Assembly: GCA_036004405.1 (NCBI GenBank)
Contig: DASYRM010000061.1
Span: forward strand, 1,053 to 65,052
DNA length: 64,000 nucleotides
Direction of reading: 5' to 3'
Source of the DNA: Vicinamibacterales bacterium
GTDB taxonomy: Bacteria; Acidobacteriota; Vicinamibacteria; Vicinamibacterales; UBA2999
Shown here piece by piece: positions 19,649 to 27,976 of the stretch. Numbering within the stretch: the first letter of the stretch is position 1; each line of letters starts with the position of its first letter. The notes beneath the pieces are model-generated. The model made no database searches, had not been told where the DNA came from, and worked only from the letters and a program-made list of their open reading frames with translations. A program made the translations under genes and the position numbers.

Positions 19649-20566
19649 ATGGAACGACACGACACGACAATGCGCGCCGCTCGCTATCTGCTCGGCGCGG
19701 GAACGATTGCGATTGCGATGGTGGCAACGACGACCGCACGCGTGTCGGCGGAGACAACGGCGTGCATCGGTGAAGTGCCGACCGTCTGCGGCCACGTCTT
19801 CTCAGACCAGGGCACGAGCGACGGCGATTTTCAGGTGGGTGAAGGCGTCAGCGACATCACCGTGGTGTTGACGACCTTGGGGGGCGAGTTGGTGGCAACG
19901 GCGACGCCGAACAATCCGACGATGACATCGTGCTCCGAAGGCGTGAGCGACCCCGGGTGCGGCTACTACAGCTTCGATATCAACGAACCCGGTGACTACC
20001 TCGTCTGCATCGTACTCTCGGGGCAGTCCATGGACTGCAGCGACACGATGGAACATCCCGAGACACAGCACGTCGCTGGCGGCACCCCCGGCCAAACCGC
20101 AGACTTCGAGCTGCCGTCGGACGAGCCTCCACCGCCGCCCGTGTGGGGCAGTGGCACGGGCACGCCGGGCTACTGGAAGAATCACAGCAGCGCGTGGCCG
20201 GTGGACACGATCGTGATCGGTGACCCGGCGCTCAAGACGTGGAGCTTCACCAAGGAGCAGGCAATCGCGCTCCTGAGCAAGCCCGTCGCCGGCGACAAGA
20301 CCTACACTATCTTTGCGTCGCTGGTCTCGGCCATGCTCAACGTCTACGGTGACGCGAACAACCCCGTGTGCATTGCCAACGAGATCACCGACGCCCATCA
20401 CTGGTTCAGCCTCTACGGCGGCACCGTGGGCGTGGGAAGCGGCGTCAAAGCCAAGAGCGACGCCTGGGTTGGTGGGCCAACCAACCCGTTCAAGGCAGCC
20501 GAACTGATTCACACCAAGATGGACGACTACAACAACGGCCTCCTCTGCGCCCCTCACAGGAACTAG
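19649..20566 (+). CDS. Secreted Cys-rich protein with SdrD-B-like N-domain and GTPGYWKNH domain
   Basis: SD AGGAG; signal-like N-term; CGHVFSD..GEG, GYYSF, PGDY; GTGTPGYWKNH; DDYNNGLLC. Confidence 0.75.
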   Translation: MERHDTTMRAARYLLGAGTIAIAMVATTTARVSAETTACIGEVPTVCGHVFSDQGTSDGDFQVGEGVSDITVVLTTLGGELVATATPNNPTMTSCSEGVSDPGCGYYSFDINEPGDYLVCIVLSGQSMDCSDTMEHPETQHVAGGTPGQTADFELPSDEPPPPPVWGSGTGTPGYWKNHSSAWPVDTIVIGDPALKTWSFTKEQAIALLSKPVAGDKTYTIFASLVSAMLNVYGDANNPVCIANEITDAHHWFSLYGGTVGVGSGVKAKSDAWVGGPTNPFKAAELIHTKMDDYNNGLLCAPHRN

Positions 20567-20583
20567 CGCAGGCGAGCGAATCA

Positions 20584-20613
20584 AGAAGGGCCAGCCTCCG
20601 GGCTGGCCCTTCT
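20584..20613. terminator. Hairpin terminator between convergent genes
   Basis: AGAAGGGCCAGCC-TCCG-GGCTGGCCCTTCT perfect 13-bp stem. Confidence 0.8.
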
Positions 20614-21121
20614 ATTTGGGGCTCTCGGGAAACGCCGTGCGGGCGGTTTTGGGTACGTGATCGCGCTTGTAGACCATGAAGGTGCGGAAGAACTCGATGA
20701 CCACCGTGCCGTCCTGCTTCACGCCGGTCGTCTTCACCCGCACGATGCCGACGTTGGGGCGCGACTTCGACTCCCGCGCCTCCATCACCTCACTCTTCGA
20801 GTACACCGTATCCCCCTCGAAGAGCGGATTCGGCAGCCGCACCTCGTCCCACCCCAGGTTGGCCATCACGTTGAACGAGAGGTCGATGGTGGACTGGCCG
20901 GTGACGAGCGCGAGCGTGAACGTGGAATCCACCAGCGGCTGGCCGAACTCGGTCTGAGCCGCATAGGCGCGATCGAAGTGGATCGGGTTCATGTTCTGCG
21001 TGAGCAGCGTGAACCAGCTGTTGTCGACCGGCAGCACGGTGCGTCCCAGCGGGTGGTGGTAGACGTCGCCCACCGTGAAGTCCTCGTAGACGCGCCCCGT
21101 CCATCCTGTTTTCACCGCCAT
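20612..21121 (-). CDS. MaoC-family dehydratase (RipB/itaconyl-CoA hydratase-like)
   Basis: GRVYEDFTVGDVYHHPLGRTV, DN..F...T.N.NPIHFD, ANLGWDEV, SKSRPNVGIV. Confidence 0.88.
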   Translation of the reverse strand: MAVKTGWTGRVYEDFTVGDVYHHPLGRTVLPVDNSWFTLLTQNMNPIHFDRAYAAQTEFGQPLVDSTFTLALVTGQSTIDLSFNVMANLGWDEVRLPNPLFEGDTVYSKSEVMEARESKSRPNVGIVRVKTTGVKQDGTVVIEFFRTFMVYKRDHVPKTARTAFPESPK

Positions 21122-21196
21122 TGTCTGCTCCACCTCGCCGACGGCTTGAAGATTCCGCTGAACCGGCACCTCGATGCGGAATCTTCAAGACGTCCC

Positions 21197-21288
21197 GCCC
21201 CGCCGAAGGCGGGGCCAAAAAGACACTGCGCTAGCGAGGCTGAGCATCGAAAAAGCAGGAAAGGAGGATCGAGCGAAGCCTCGCTAGC
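21197..21288. repeat. Two-hairpin structured intergenic element, copy 1
   Basis: GCCCCGCC-GAA-GGCGGGGC, then AGACACTGC, then 12-bp inverted repeat GCTAGCGAGGCT..AGCCTCGCTAGC; similar to 23892-23947. Confidence 0.65.
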
Positions 21289-21305
21289 CGTACCATAACG
21301 CAACT

Positions 21306-22094
21306 ATGCGGACGCTCGAGGGGCGGTGCGCCCTCATCACCGGATCGACGCAGGGCCTGGGCCTGGCTGCGGCACACCGTTTCGCTGCCGCCGGCGCTCA
21401 CGTCGTTCTGAGCGGCCTGGCGTCGCCGGAGGAGGCCGCTGCAACCGCCTCCGCCCTCGAGTCGGCCCACGGCGTGCGCGCGCTCTACGCGGCCGGCGAC
21501 CTTTCGCGCCCCGCCGACATCGAGAGCATCGTCGATACGGCGAAGCGCGCCTTCGGCGCGGTGGACATCCTGGTGAACAACGCCGTGGTACGCCACGCGG
21601 CACCGATTGAGGCCTTCGGGGCCGACAGATGGGACGAGGGGCTGGCGGTCAACCTGTCGGCCGCCTTTCACCTGATCCGGCTCACGGTGCCGATGATGCA
21701 GGCGGGCGGCTGGGGCCGGATTCTGAACGTGTCGTCGATCTACGGGTTCAAGGGCGCAGCGAACCGCGTGGCCTACGTGACCACCAAGACGGCGCTTCTT
21801 GGGCTGACACGCGCGGTGGCACTCGAAGGGCTGCCGCACGGCATCACGTGCAACGCGGTGTGCCCGGGCACCACGGAAACGCCGGTGCACGAGGCCGCCA
21901 TCCAGGCCTCGATGGCCACGCAGTCGATCACACGCGAAGAGGCCGAACGCCGCTTCTTCGCGACCAAGCAGCCGACAGGGCGGTTCATCTCCGCCGAGCA
22001 GGTTGCGGCGCTGATGGTGTTCCTGTGTGGCCCCGACGCGAGCGATATCAACGGCGCCGCACTGCCGGTCGACGGCGCCTGGTCAGCCTCGTAA
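21306..22094 (+). CDS. SDR oxidoreductase, 3-hydroxybutyrate dehydrogenase-like
   Basis: TGSTQGLG, NNA, YVTTK, CPG, KQPTGRF, LPVDGAW. Confidence 0.85.
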   Translation: MRTLEGRCALITGSTQGLGLAAAHRFAAAGAHVVLSGLASPEEAAATASALESAHGVRALYAAGDLSRPADIESIVDTAKRAFGAVDILVNNAVVRHAAPIEAFGADRWDEGLAVNLSAAFHLIRLTVPMMQAGGWGRILNVSSIYGFKGAANRVAYVTTKTALLGLTRAVALEGLPHGITCNAVCPGTTETPVHEAAIQASMATQSITREEAERRFFATKQPTGRFISAEQVAALMVFLCGPDASDINGAALPVDGAWSAS

Positions 22095-22136
22095 GTCGGG
22101 CCGGGTGCAGCCGCAGACAGGCCGCGCCGTTCACGT

Positions 22137-22757
22137 TCACACGCGTTCAAAGTATCCCGACCAGAACGCCTTGCCCGTGGAGAGCGTCAGGCGCGCCTGA
22201 TGCGTGAGCCGCAGCTCTCGCTGCGCCAGCACGCGCCGCAACTGATGCGGATCGACGAACGCGAAGTCCCCGGCCAGCGTAACCATCGACGGATACGCCG
22301 ACGGCGTGACGGCCTCGTGCGCGTCGGACGGTATCTGCAGGACCACCGACAGGTGCCCACCGCGGGCCACCAGCGAGACGGCGGCGTCGAGGCACTGCCC
22401 GGTCCCCGCGTGCTCGAAGAGCAGCGCGGCGTGCACGAGCGACACCGGCTCCAGATTCAGTGTGTCGTGCTCGAGGTCGACGCAGTGGAGCTCGAGGCCC
22501 CTCAGGTCCGGGAACCGGGCCTTGGTGGCGGCGAGATAGCCGGGGTTGAGGTCGATGCCCACCACACGCGTCGTCAGCGTGCTGTCTACGTGCTCGAGGC
22601 CGTTGCCGCCCGCCACGCCCAGCACCGCCACCGAGCGCGGCCGCAGGCGCGCCAGCGCCTCGCCGAAGAGGTCGGCGAGCGGCGCCAGTTGATCGACGGC
22701 GGCCGACCCCATGTGGCCCTCGTAGTCCTCGAGCGGGAGGGCCAGCCATGGGTTCAT
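22137..22757 (-). CDS. Class I SAM-dependent methyltransferase-like protein
   Basis: VAVLGVAGGNG, VGIDLN, HAALLFEH. Confidence 0.8.
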   Translation of the reverse strand: MNPWLALPLEDYEGHMGSAAVDQLAPLADLFGEALARLRPRSVAVLGVAGGNGLEHVDSTLTTRVVGIDLNPGYLAATKARFPDLRGLELHCVDLEHDTLNLEPVSLVHAALLFEHAGTGQCLDAAVSLVARGGHLSVVLQIPSDAHEAVTPSAYPSMVTLAGDFAFVDPHQLRRVLAQRELRLTHQARLTLSTGKAFWSGYFERV

Positions 22758-22833
22758 CGTCTCGATCGTAACAAGCCGCGCTCCACCTCAGCTAGCGCTG
22801 CGGTCGGCAGGCGTCGGGTGGCCAGGATGGGAT

Positions 22834-22852
22834 GGGGCGGTCTGACCGCCCC
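22834..22852 (-). terminator. Hairpin downstream of the 22859 gene
   Basis: GGGGCGGTC-T-GACCGCCCC; no strong U-tract. Confidence 0.5.
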
Positions 22853-22858
22853 CGATAT

Positions 22859-23758
22859 TCAGCGGACGCGGCCGTCCATCGACAGGCCTGAGAGCACGAG
22901 CGGCGACTTGGCGCCCATGCTGATATTGCCGATGTTGCCCGAGGCGCCCGACGGCCGATCGGCGGTGACGCGGAACTGGTGGCTCTGGCGCTCCACCATC
23001 GTGGCCACCTCCTTGCCCCACTCGGTCAGCAGCCCGGCGATGCGCGTGGGGCTGTTGATGTTTTCGAACTTGCCGCCGGTGTACTTGGTGACCGAGATGC
23101 CGATCTGGGTCTGATTCCCTCCACCGCTGGCCGAGCCGGTGCCGCTGTTGAATAGGATGACGTGAACGGTTGTGGGCCTCGCCTCGAGCCGCTTCATCAT
23201 CCGCTCGACGTCGCTGTCCCTGACGTTCGTGTCGCCGGCGGTGGTGCCAACGCTGATGACCACCGGGAAGTAGTCGGTCTTGTCCTTCTCGATCCGCTGC
23301 GTTGCCTCGGCGAGGCTCTCGACGAAGCGTCCGGCGCCCGTGTCGGGGGCCAGCACGTCCATCGCCTTCTGCATCGCGGCTCGATCGGTGGTCGGTTTGG
23401 TGAGGAAGCGGGGCTGAGGTGCCGTGCTCACGATGGTGACTTCGAGGTTCTCGGGCATGGCCTCGAGCAGGGCCTTCACGCCGTTCTTCAGATGCTGGAC
23501 GTTCCCGCTGCCCAGGCCGATGCCGTTGTCGAGCAGAATCTGGAGCTTCACCGGCCAGTTCACCGGTTCGATCTTTGTCACCTTGGCGTCGGCGCCGTTC
23601 TCCATCACCCGAAGGTCGCCTGCCTCGACGGTTTTGGCCGGCGCACCCGTGCCATCGAGAATGCTGGCAAACACCTGAATTTGCTTCGAGTTCTGCGCCG
23701 CGACCAAGGCGCTGAACAGACTGACACCCGCGATCGTAGCGAGCAGCTTCACACGCAT
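22859..23758 (-). CDS. Secreted VWA-like domain hypothetical protein
   Basis: Signal MRVKLLATIAG; DLRVMENG, ILLDNG, TKYTGG; SD GGAGG. Confidence 0.75.
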   Translation of the reverse strand: MRVKLLATIAGVSLFSALVAAQNSKQIQVFASILDGTGAPAKTVEAGDLRVMENGADAKVTKIEPVNWPVKLQILLDNGIGLGSGNVQHLKNGVKALLEAMPENLEVTIVSTAPQPRFLTKPTTDRAAMQKAMDVLAPDTGAGRFVESLAEATQRIEKDKTDYFPVVISVGTTAGDTNVRDSDVERMMKRLEARPTTVHVILFNSGTGSASGGGNQTQIGISVTKYTGGKFENINSPTRIAGLLTEWGKEVATMVERQSHQFRVTADRPSGASGNIGNISMGAKSPLVLSGLSMDGRVR

Positions 23759-23891
23759 GACGGAGCCTCCTCCGAGATTCAGGGCGGACGCGCACTGACG
23801 CTGGACGCTGCATAAGACGCCAGATCCGGGCATTTGGTTCAGCGGGACCGCACTCTGACGTAGCGAGAGGTCTCGGCTCTAGCCCGTCAGC

Positions 23892-23947
23892 GCCCGCCCG
23901 GAGGGCGGGCAATTAGACACTGCCCTGGCGAGGCAAAGCCTCGCCAG
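23892..23947. repeat. Two-hairpin structured intergenic element, copy 2
   Basis: GCCCGCCC-GGA-GGGCGGGC, AGACACTGC, CTGGCGAGGC-AAA-GCCTCGCCAG. Confidence 0.65.
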
Positions 23948-23949
23948 CT

Positions 23950-24690
23950 TTATTCCCATTTGAAGAAGCGCGACGCCAGCGCGGTGAAGAGCGCGCCGAA
24001 CAGCGCGATGGCCGCCACATCCCAGAGATGGGACGCGATCGGATCGCCACGCCAGACGCCCTGGAGCAGCGACACGGCGTATGTCATCGGCATGACGCGC
24101 GCCATCATCTGGAGCCACGGCGGCAGCAACGCGATCGGGAAGAAGAGGCCCGACAGCGCGATCATGGGGTAGAAGATCACGCCGGCCAGCGGCTGCGCAA
24201 ACCGCGCCGTGGGCACGACGCTCGCGATCAGGAAACCGACCGAGAGAATGCCGCAGGTCGAGAACAGGAGCGCGGCGGCGAACCTCAGCATTTCGCCCGG
24301 CGTGTCGGGCGCGTAATAGCGACGCCCCGCCACCAGCAGCAACGCGAGCGTCACGGCCGTGAAGAGCAGCTTCACCAGGACGTGAGCGGTGAGGATGGTC
24401 GCGGGGTGCAGCGGCGTGGCGCGCAGACGTTTCAGGATGCCGCCCTCGCGGTAGATCGCGATGATCGTCACGAGCGAGACGACAGCGCTCGTCGCCATCA
24501 GAATCGCGGCCAGCACCGGCAGCCCGGTCTTGACGAACGCCGCTTCCGGCGATGCCGGGCCCGCGCCGCGCATGAGGCGCCCCAGGACGACGAACACCAG
24601 CACCGGCACGCCGATGGTGCCGAAGAGGCCGAGCGGTTCCCGCGCGAAGATCTTGATCTCGAGCCAGGTGAGCTGCCAGAGGCCGTTCAT
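23950..24690 (-). CDS. ABC-2 type transporter permease
   Basis: YREGGILKRLRATPL, LSGLFFP, PMTYAV; 6 TM. Confidence 0.9.
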   Translation of the reverse strand: MNGLWQLTWLEIKIFAREPLGLFGTIGVPVLVFVVLGRLMRGAGPASPEAAFVKTGLPVLAAILMATSAVVSLVTIIAIYREGGILKRLRATPLHPATILTAHVLVKLLFTAVTLALLLVAGRRYYAPDTPGEMLRFAAALLFSTCGILSVGFLIASVVPTARFAQPLAGVIFYPMIALSGLFFPIALLPPWLQMMARVMPMTYAVSLLQGVWRGDPIASHLWDVAAIALFGALFTALASRFFKWE

Positions 24691-24692
24691 GT

Positions 24693-25610
24693 TCAGTCCC
24701 GGATGGAGCGGCCCGTCAGCCGGAGGAAGACGTCCTCGAGCGACGGCACCGTGGTGTGGAAGTCGGTGACCGTGATGCCGTGACGCGAGACGCACTGGAT
24801 GACGTCGGCGACCAGGCCCGGGTTGCGACCGCGGATCGTCATCGACGCCCCGTCGGCGTCTACCGCCTCGACGCCGGACAGCTCCAGGAACCGCTGGCGC
24901 GCCGACGCGTCGGCGGTGGCCACGACCACGACGCGTTCGGGACAGTGCCGCGCCACCAGGCCGCGCGGAGTGTCCACGTCGATCACGCGGCCATGCTCGA
25001 TGATCGCCACCCGATCGCAGAGCCGCTCGGCCTCCTCCATCAGGTGCGTCGTGAGCACCACCGTCTTGCCGCGCTCGCGAATGCCGCGCACCAGATCCCA
25101 GATCGCGCGGCGCGCCTGGGGATCGAGACCGGTCGTCAGCTCGTCCAGGAACACCACCTCAGGATCGTTGATGAGGGCCAGGGCGATGAAGAGCCGCTGC
25201 TTCTGACCGCCGGACAGCGTCATGAACCAGGCGTTGCGCTTCTCGTTCAGCCCGAGCTGCTCCAGCAGCACGCCGGGATCGACGGGCGAAGCGTAGAGCG
25301 ATGCCCAGAAGCGCACCGCCTCGCCGACTTTGAGCCGCTTCTGCAGCTGAGCCTCCTGCAGCTGCACCCCGATCCGTACCTTCAGCGCGGCGCCGGCGCG
25401 GAACGGATCGAGCCCCAGCACGGAAATGGTGCCGCGGTCGGGGGCGCGCAGCCCTTCGAGGCATTCCATCGTGGTGGTCTTACCGGCGCCGTTGGGCCCC
25501 ACCAGGCCGAAAATCTCGCCGCGCTGCACCTCGAACGACACGTCGTCCACGGCCACCACCGACCCGTAGGCCTTGCGGATGCCGGAGACGCGGATAACGG
25601 GATCGTTCAT
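24693..25610 (-). CDS. ABC transporter ATP-binding protein
   Basis: GPNGAGKTT, LSGGQKQR, FLDELTTGLD, TTH. Confidence 0.93.
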   Translation of the reverse strand: MNDPVIRVSGIRKAYGSVVAVDDVSFEVQRGEIFGLVGPNGAGKTTTMECLEGLRAPDRGTISVLGLDPFRAGAALKVRIGVQLQEAQLQKRLKVGEAVRFWASLYASPVDPGVLLEQLGLNEKRNAWFMTLSGGQKQRLFIALALINDPEVVFLDELTTGLDPQARRAIWDLVRGIRERGKTVVLTTHLMEEAERLCDRVAIIEHGRVIDVDTPRGLVARHCPERVVVVATADASARQRFLELSGVEAVDADGASMTIRGRNPGLVADVIQCVSRHGITVTDFHTTVPSLEDVFLRLTGRSIRD

Positions 25611-25615
25611 CGAAC

Positions 25616-25639
25616 GTGGGGGCCGCCTTCAGGCGGCCC
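25616..25639 (+). repeat. GTAG-type REP (GTGG variant)
   Basis: GTGGGGGCCGCCTTCAGGCGGCCC. Confidence 0.85.
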
Positions 25640-25642
25640 GTG

Positions 25643-26557
25643 TCAGGTACGGCGCACTCGATCGAGAATCGTCCGCGCCATGCGCAGGCTGGCGGCGTCG
25701 ATCATCCGCCCGTCATGGGTGGCCGCGCCTTGTCCCGCCGCGACCGCGGTGTCGAACGCCTCGACGAGCGCGGCGGCGGCCGCGATCTCCGCCTCGGTCG
25801 GGGAAAAGATCGTGTTGGCGGCCGCGAGCTGGCCGGGATGGATGCACTGCTTGCCGTCGAACCCCATCGCGCGCGCGATGCGGCAGGCGCGCTCGTAGCC
25901 GGCCGCGTCCTTGTAGGCCGAGTACGGGCCGTCCATGCAGCGCAGGCCGTGCGCGCGCGCGGCCGCCACGATGCCGTGCATCACCGCATGCCAGCGGTGG
26001 CCTGGATAGACCTCGTCGCTGGCGTCCATCTCGCCGATGCCCGACGACGGCATCTTCATCGACGCGGCGTAGTCGCCGACACCAAGGATGAGCGCCTCGA
26101 GCCGCGGCGACGCCGCGGCGATTTCGCGCAGGTACACGAAGCCGGCGGCGCTTTCGATCTGCGCCTCGATCCCGATCGGCGCGGTGAGCCCGCGGTGCGC
26201 CTCGATCTGCGTGAGCAGCATGTCCACGAACACCACGTCGCGCGCGCCGCCCGCCTTGGGCACCATCACCAGGTCCACGCGGTCGCCGGCGCCTTCGATC
26301 ACCTCGACGAGGTCGCGGTAGGCGTAGGGCGTGTCCACGCTGTTGATGCGGACGATACGCGTGCGCGCGCCGAAGTCGAGCGTCCGCAGCGCGTGCACCA
26401 CGTGCGCGCGGCTCGCCGCCTTTTCGCCGGGCGCCACCGCATCTTCGAGATCGATGCACACCGCGTCGGCGGCGCTGGCAGCCGCCTTCGGGATCATGTC
26501 GGGCCGCGACGCCGGCACGAAGAGCGTGGTGCGCGACAGCCGCGCGAGACGGTCCAT
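25643..26557 (-). CDS. CitE-like CoA-ester lyase (malyl-/citramalyl-CoA lyase family)
   Basis: LFVPAS, IDLEDAVAP, VRIN, QIES, GVGDY, GFDGKQCIHPGQ, GRMID. Confidence 0.9.
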   Translation of the reverse strand: MDRLARLSRTTLFVPASRPDMIPKAAASAADAVCIDLEDAVAPGEKAASRAHVVHALRTLDFGARTRIVRINSVDTPYAYRDLVEVIEGAGDRVDLVMVPKAGGARDVVFVDMLLTQIEAHRGLTAPIGIEAQIESAAGFVYLREIAAASPRLEALILGVGDYAASMKMPSSGIGEMDASDEVYPGHRWHAVMHGIVAAARAHGLRCMDGPYSAYKDAAGYERACRIARAMGFDGKQCIHPGQLAAANTIFSPTEAEIAAAAALVEAFDTAVAAGQGAATHDGRMIDAASLRMARTILDRVRRT

Positions 26558-26567
26558 GGCCGCTATT

Positions 26568-27971
26568 CTAGACTCGGCACGCGAGCCTGACGAGCGAGCC
26601 GGCATCGTCGATCGCTTCGAGGCCGGCAACTCCCCGCGCAAGAAGGTCGCGCGCCCCAGCGTCGAGCACGCTGCTGGCGTTGTCGTCGAACTTCGCCCGC
26701 AGCTCCTCCGCCGTCATCGGGTTCTCCGCCGAGCCGCGGTTGTATTCCTCGACCTCGGTGAACACGCGGCCGTCCGCGAGCGTCATCGTGAGCGCGCCCT
26801 TGAAGCGGCCGGGCGGCGGGAAGTGGGGGTCGACACGATAGGTCACGCGCTTGGCGAGCGCCAGAATCACCGGATCGGTGCGATTCGCCTCGCCGTATGC
26901 CAGGCGCCCCAGCTCGCCGCGAACCAGCGCCTCGGCCAGCGTGTACTGCAGGCACACGCGGCAGTGCGCCTCGGTGGCCGGTGCGGTCTTTTCCGCCACC
27001 GGCTCGCACACGATCGACACGTTGAACTCGGCCACCGGGCACTCGATCGAGACGACATCGGCCGGCCGGATGCCGTGCTGCGCCCGCAGCCGCAGCACGA
27101 GGTCGATGTAGGGATGCAGCACGTGTGCAGCGGGAAACGGCTTGAACGACGAGTTGCGGCTGTCCCACCGCGTGCCGAGCCGGTCGGTGATGCGCGAGAA
27201 ATTCTTCACCACCGCCGGGTCCTGCAGGTGCGAGGCGAACAGACCGAAGCGTCCCTCGAAGATCTTCGGTGGGCCCGACGCGCCGGCCTGCGCGAGCATG
27301 GCCGCCGCCATGCCGTTCTGCGCCGCAAACCCCGAGTGCATGAACTTCGACTGCGTGCCGTCCACCCAGCACTCGAGCAGCCCCGCGGCGGTGCTGCCGG
27401 AAATGCCCGCGGCCCACGCCATCGCCGGCGCGTCGAGCCCGAGCAGCTTTCCCGCCGCGTAGGCGATGCCAAACGGCGAGAACAGCCCCGTCGGGTGAAA
27501 GCCGCGGCGATGGAACGTGCCCGGCGCCACCGACCCGATGCGGCAGGCGATTTCGTTGCCGACCGCGACGGCCACGAGCAGATCGCGGCCGCTGATGTGG
27601 CGTGTCTCGGCCAGCGCGAGCGCCGCGGCCACCGACGGGCTGCTCATGTGGACGATCGACTCGTTGTGCGTGTCGTCGAACTCGAGCGCCTGTGCGAACG
27701 AGGCGTTGGCAAAGGCGGCAAACGGCGCTGCCGTGCGATCGCCCGAGCCCCACACCCGGCTCGGGCCCTGCGGCGCCATCGCGTGCACGCCCGCGCGCAC
27801 CGAGTGTCCGAGCGCCGTCGCGGAACCCGCCAGCGACAGGCCGATCACGTCGAGGACGCGCAGCTTCGTGGTGGCGACGACGTCTGCGGGAAGATCGTCG
27901 AAGCCGAGGGCGGCCACCCAGGCCGCAACCTTGCTGGCAAGCGGCTCGCTCGCCGCAACCGACTGACTCAC
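26568..27971 (-). CDS. MmgE/PrpD family protein
   Basis: ALEFDDTH, GFHPTG, KFMHSG, FEGRFG, FKPFPA, GSAENP; GTG start after GGAG. Confidence 0.9.
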   Translation of the reverse strand: MSQSVAASEPLASKVAAWVAALGFDDLPADVVATTKLRVLDVIGLSLAGSATALGHSVRAGVHAMAPQGPSRVWGSGDRTAAPFAAFANASFAQALEFDDTHNESIVHMSSPSVAAALALAETRHISGRDLLVAVAVGNEIACRIGSVAPGTFHRRGFHPTGLFSPFGIAYAAGKLLGLDAPAMAWAAGISGSTAAGLLECWVDGTQSKFMHSGFAAQNGMAAAMLAQAGASGPPKIFEGRFGLFASHLQDPAVVKNFSRITDRLGTRWDSRNSSFKPFPAAHVLHPYIDLVLRLRAQHGIRPADVVSIECPVAEFNVSIVCEPVAEKTAPATEAHCRVCLQYTLAEALVRGELGRLAYGEANRTDPVILALAKRVTYRVDPHFPPPGRFKGALTMTLADGRVFTEVEEYNRGSAENPMTAEELRAKFDDNASSVLDAGARDLLARGVAGLEAIDDAGSLVRLACRV

Positions 27972-27976
27972 AACCG

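Noticed and set aside
21306-22094. Assigning the symbol bdhA
   Set aside because: Family resemblance is clear, but typical substrate motifs differ (NNAVVRH, SIYG), so specificity is uncertain
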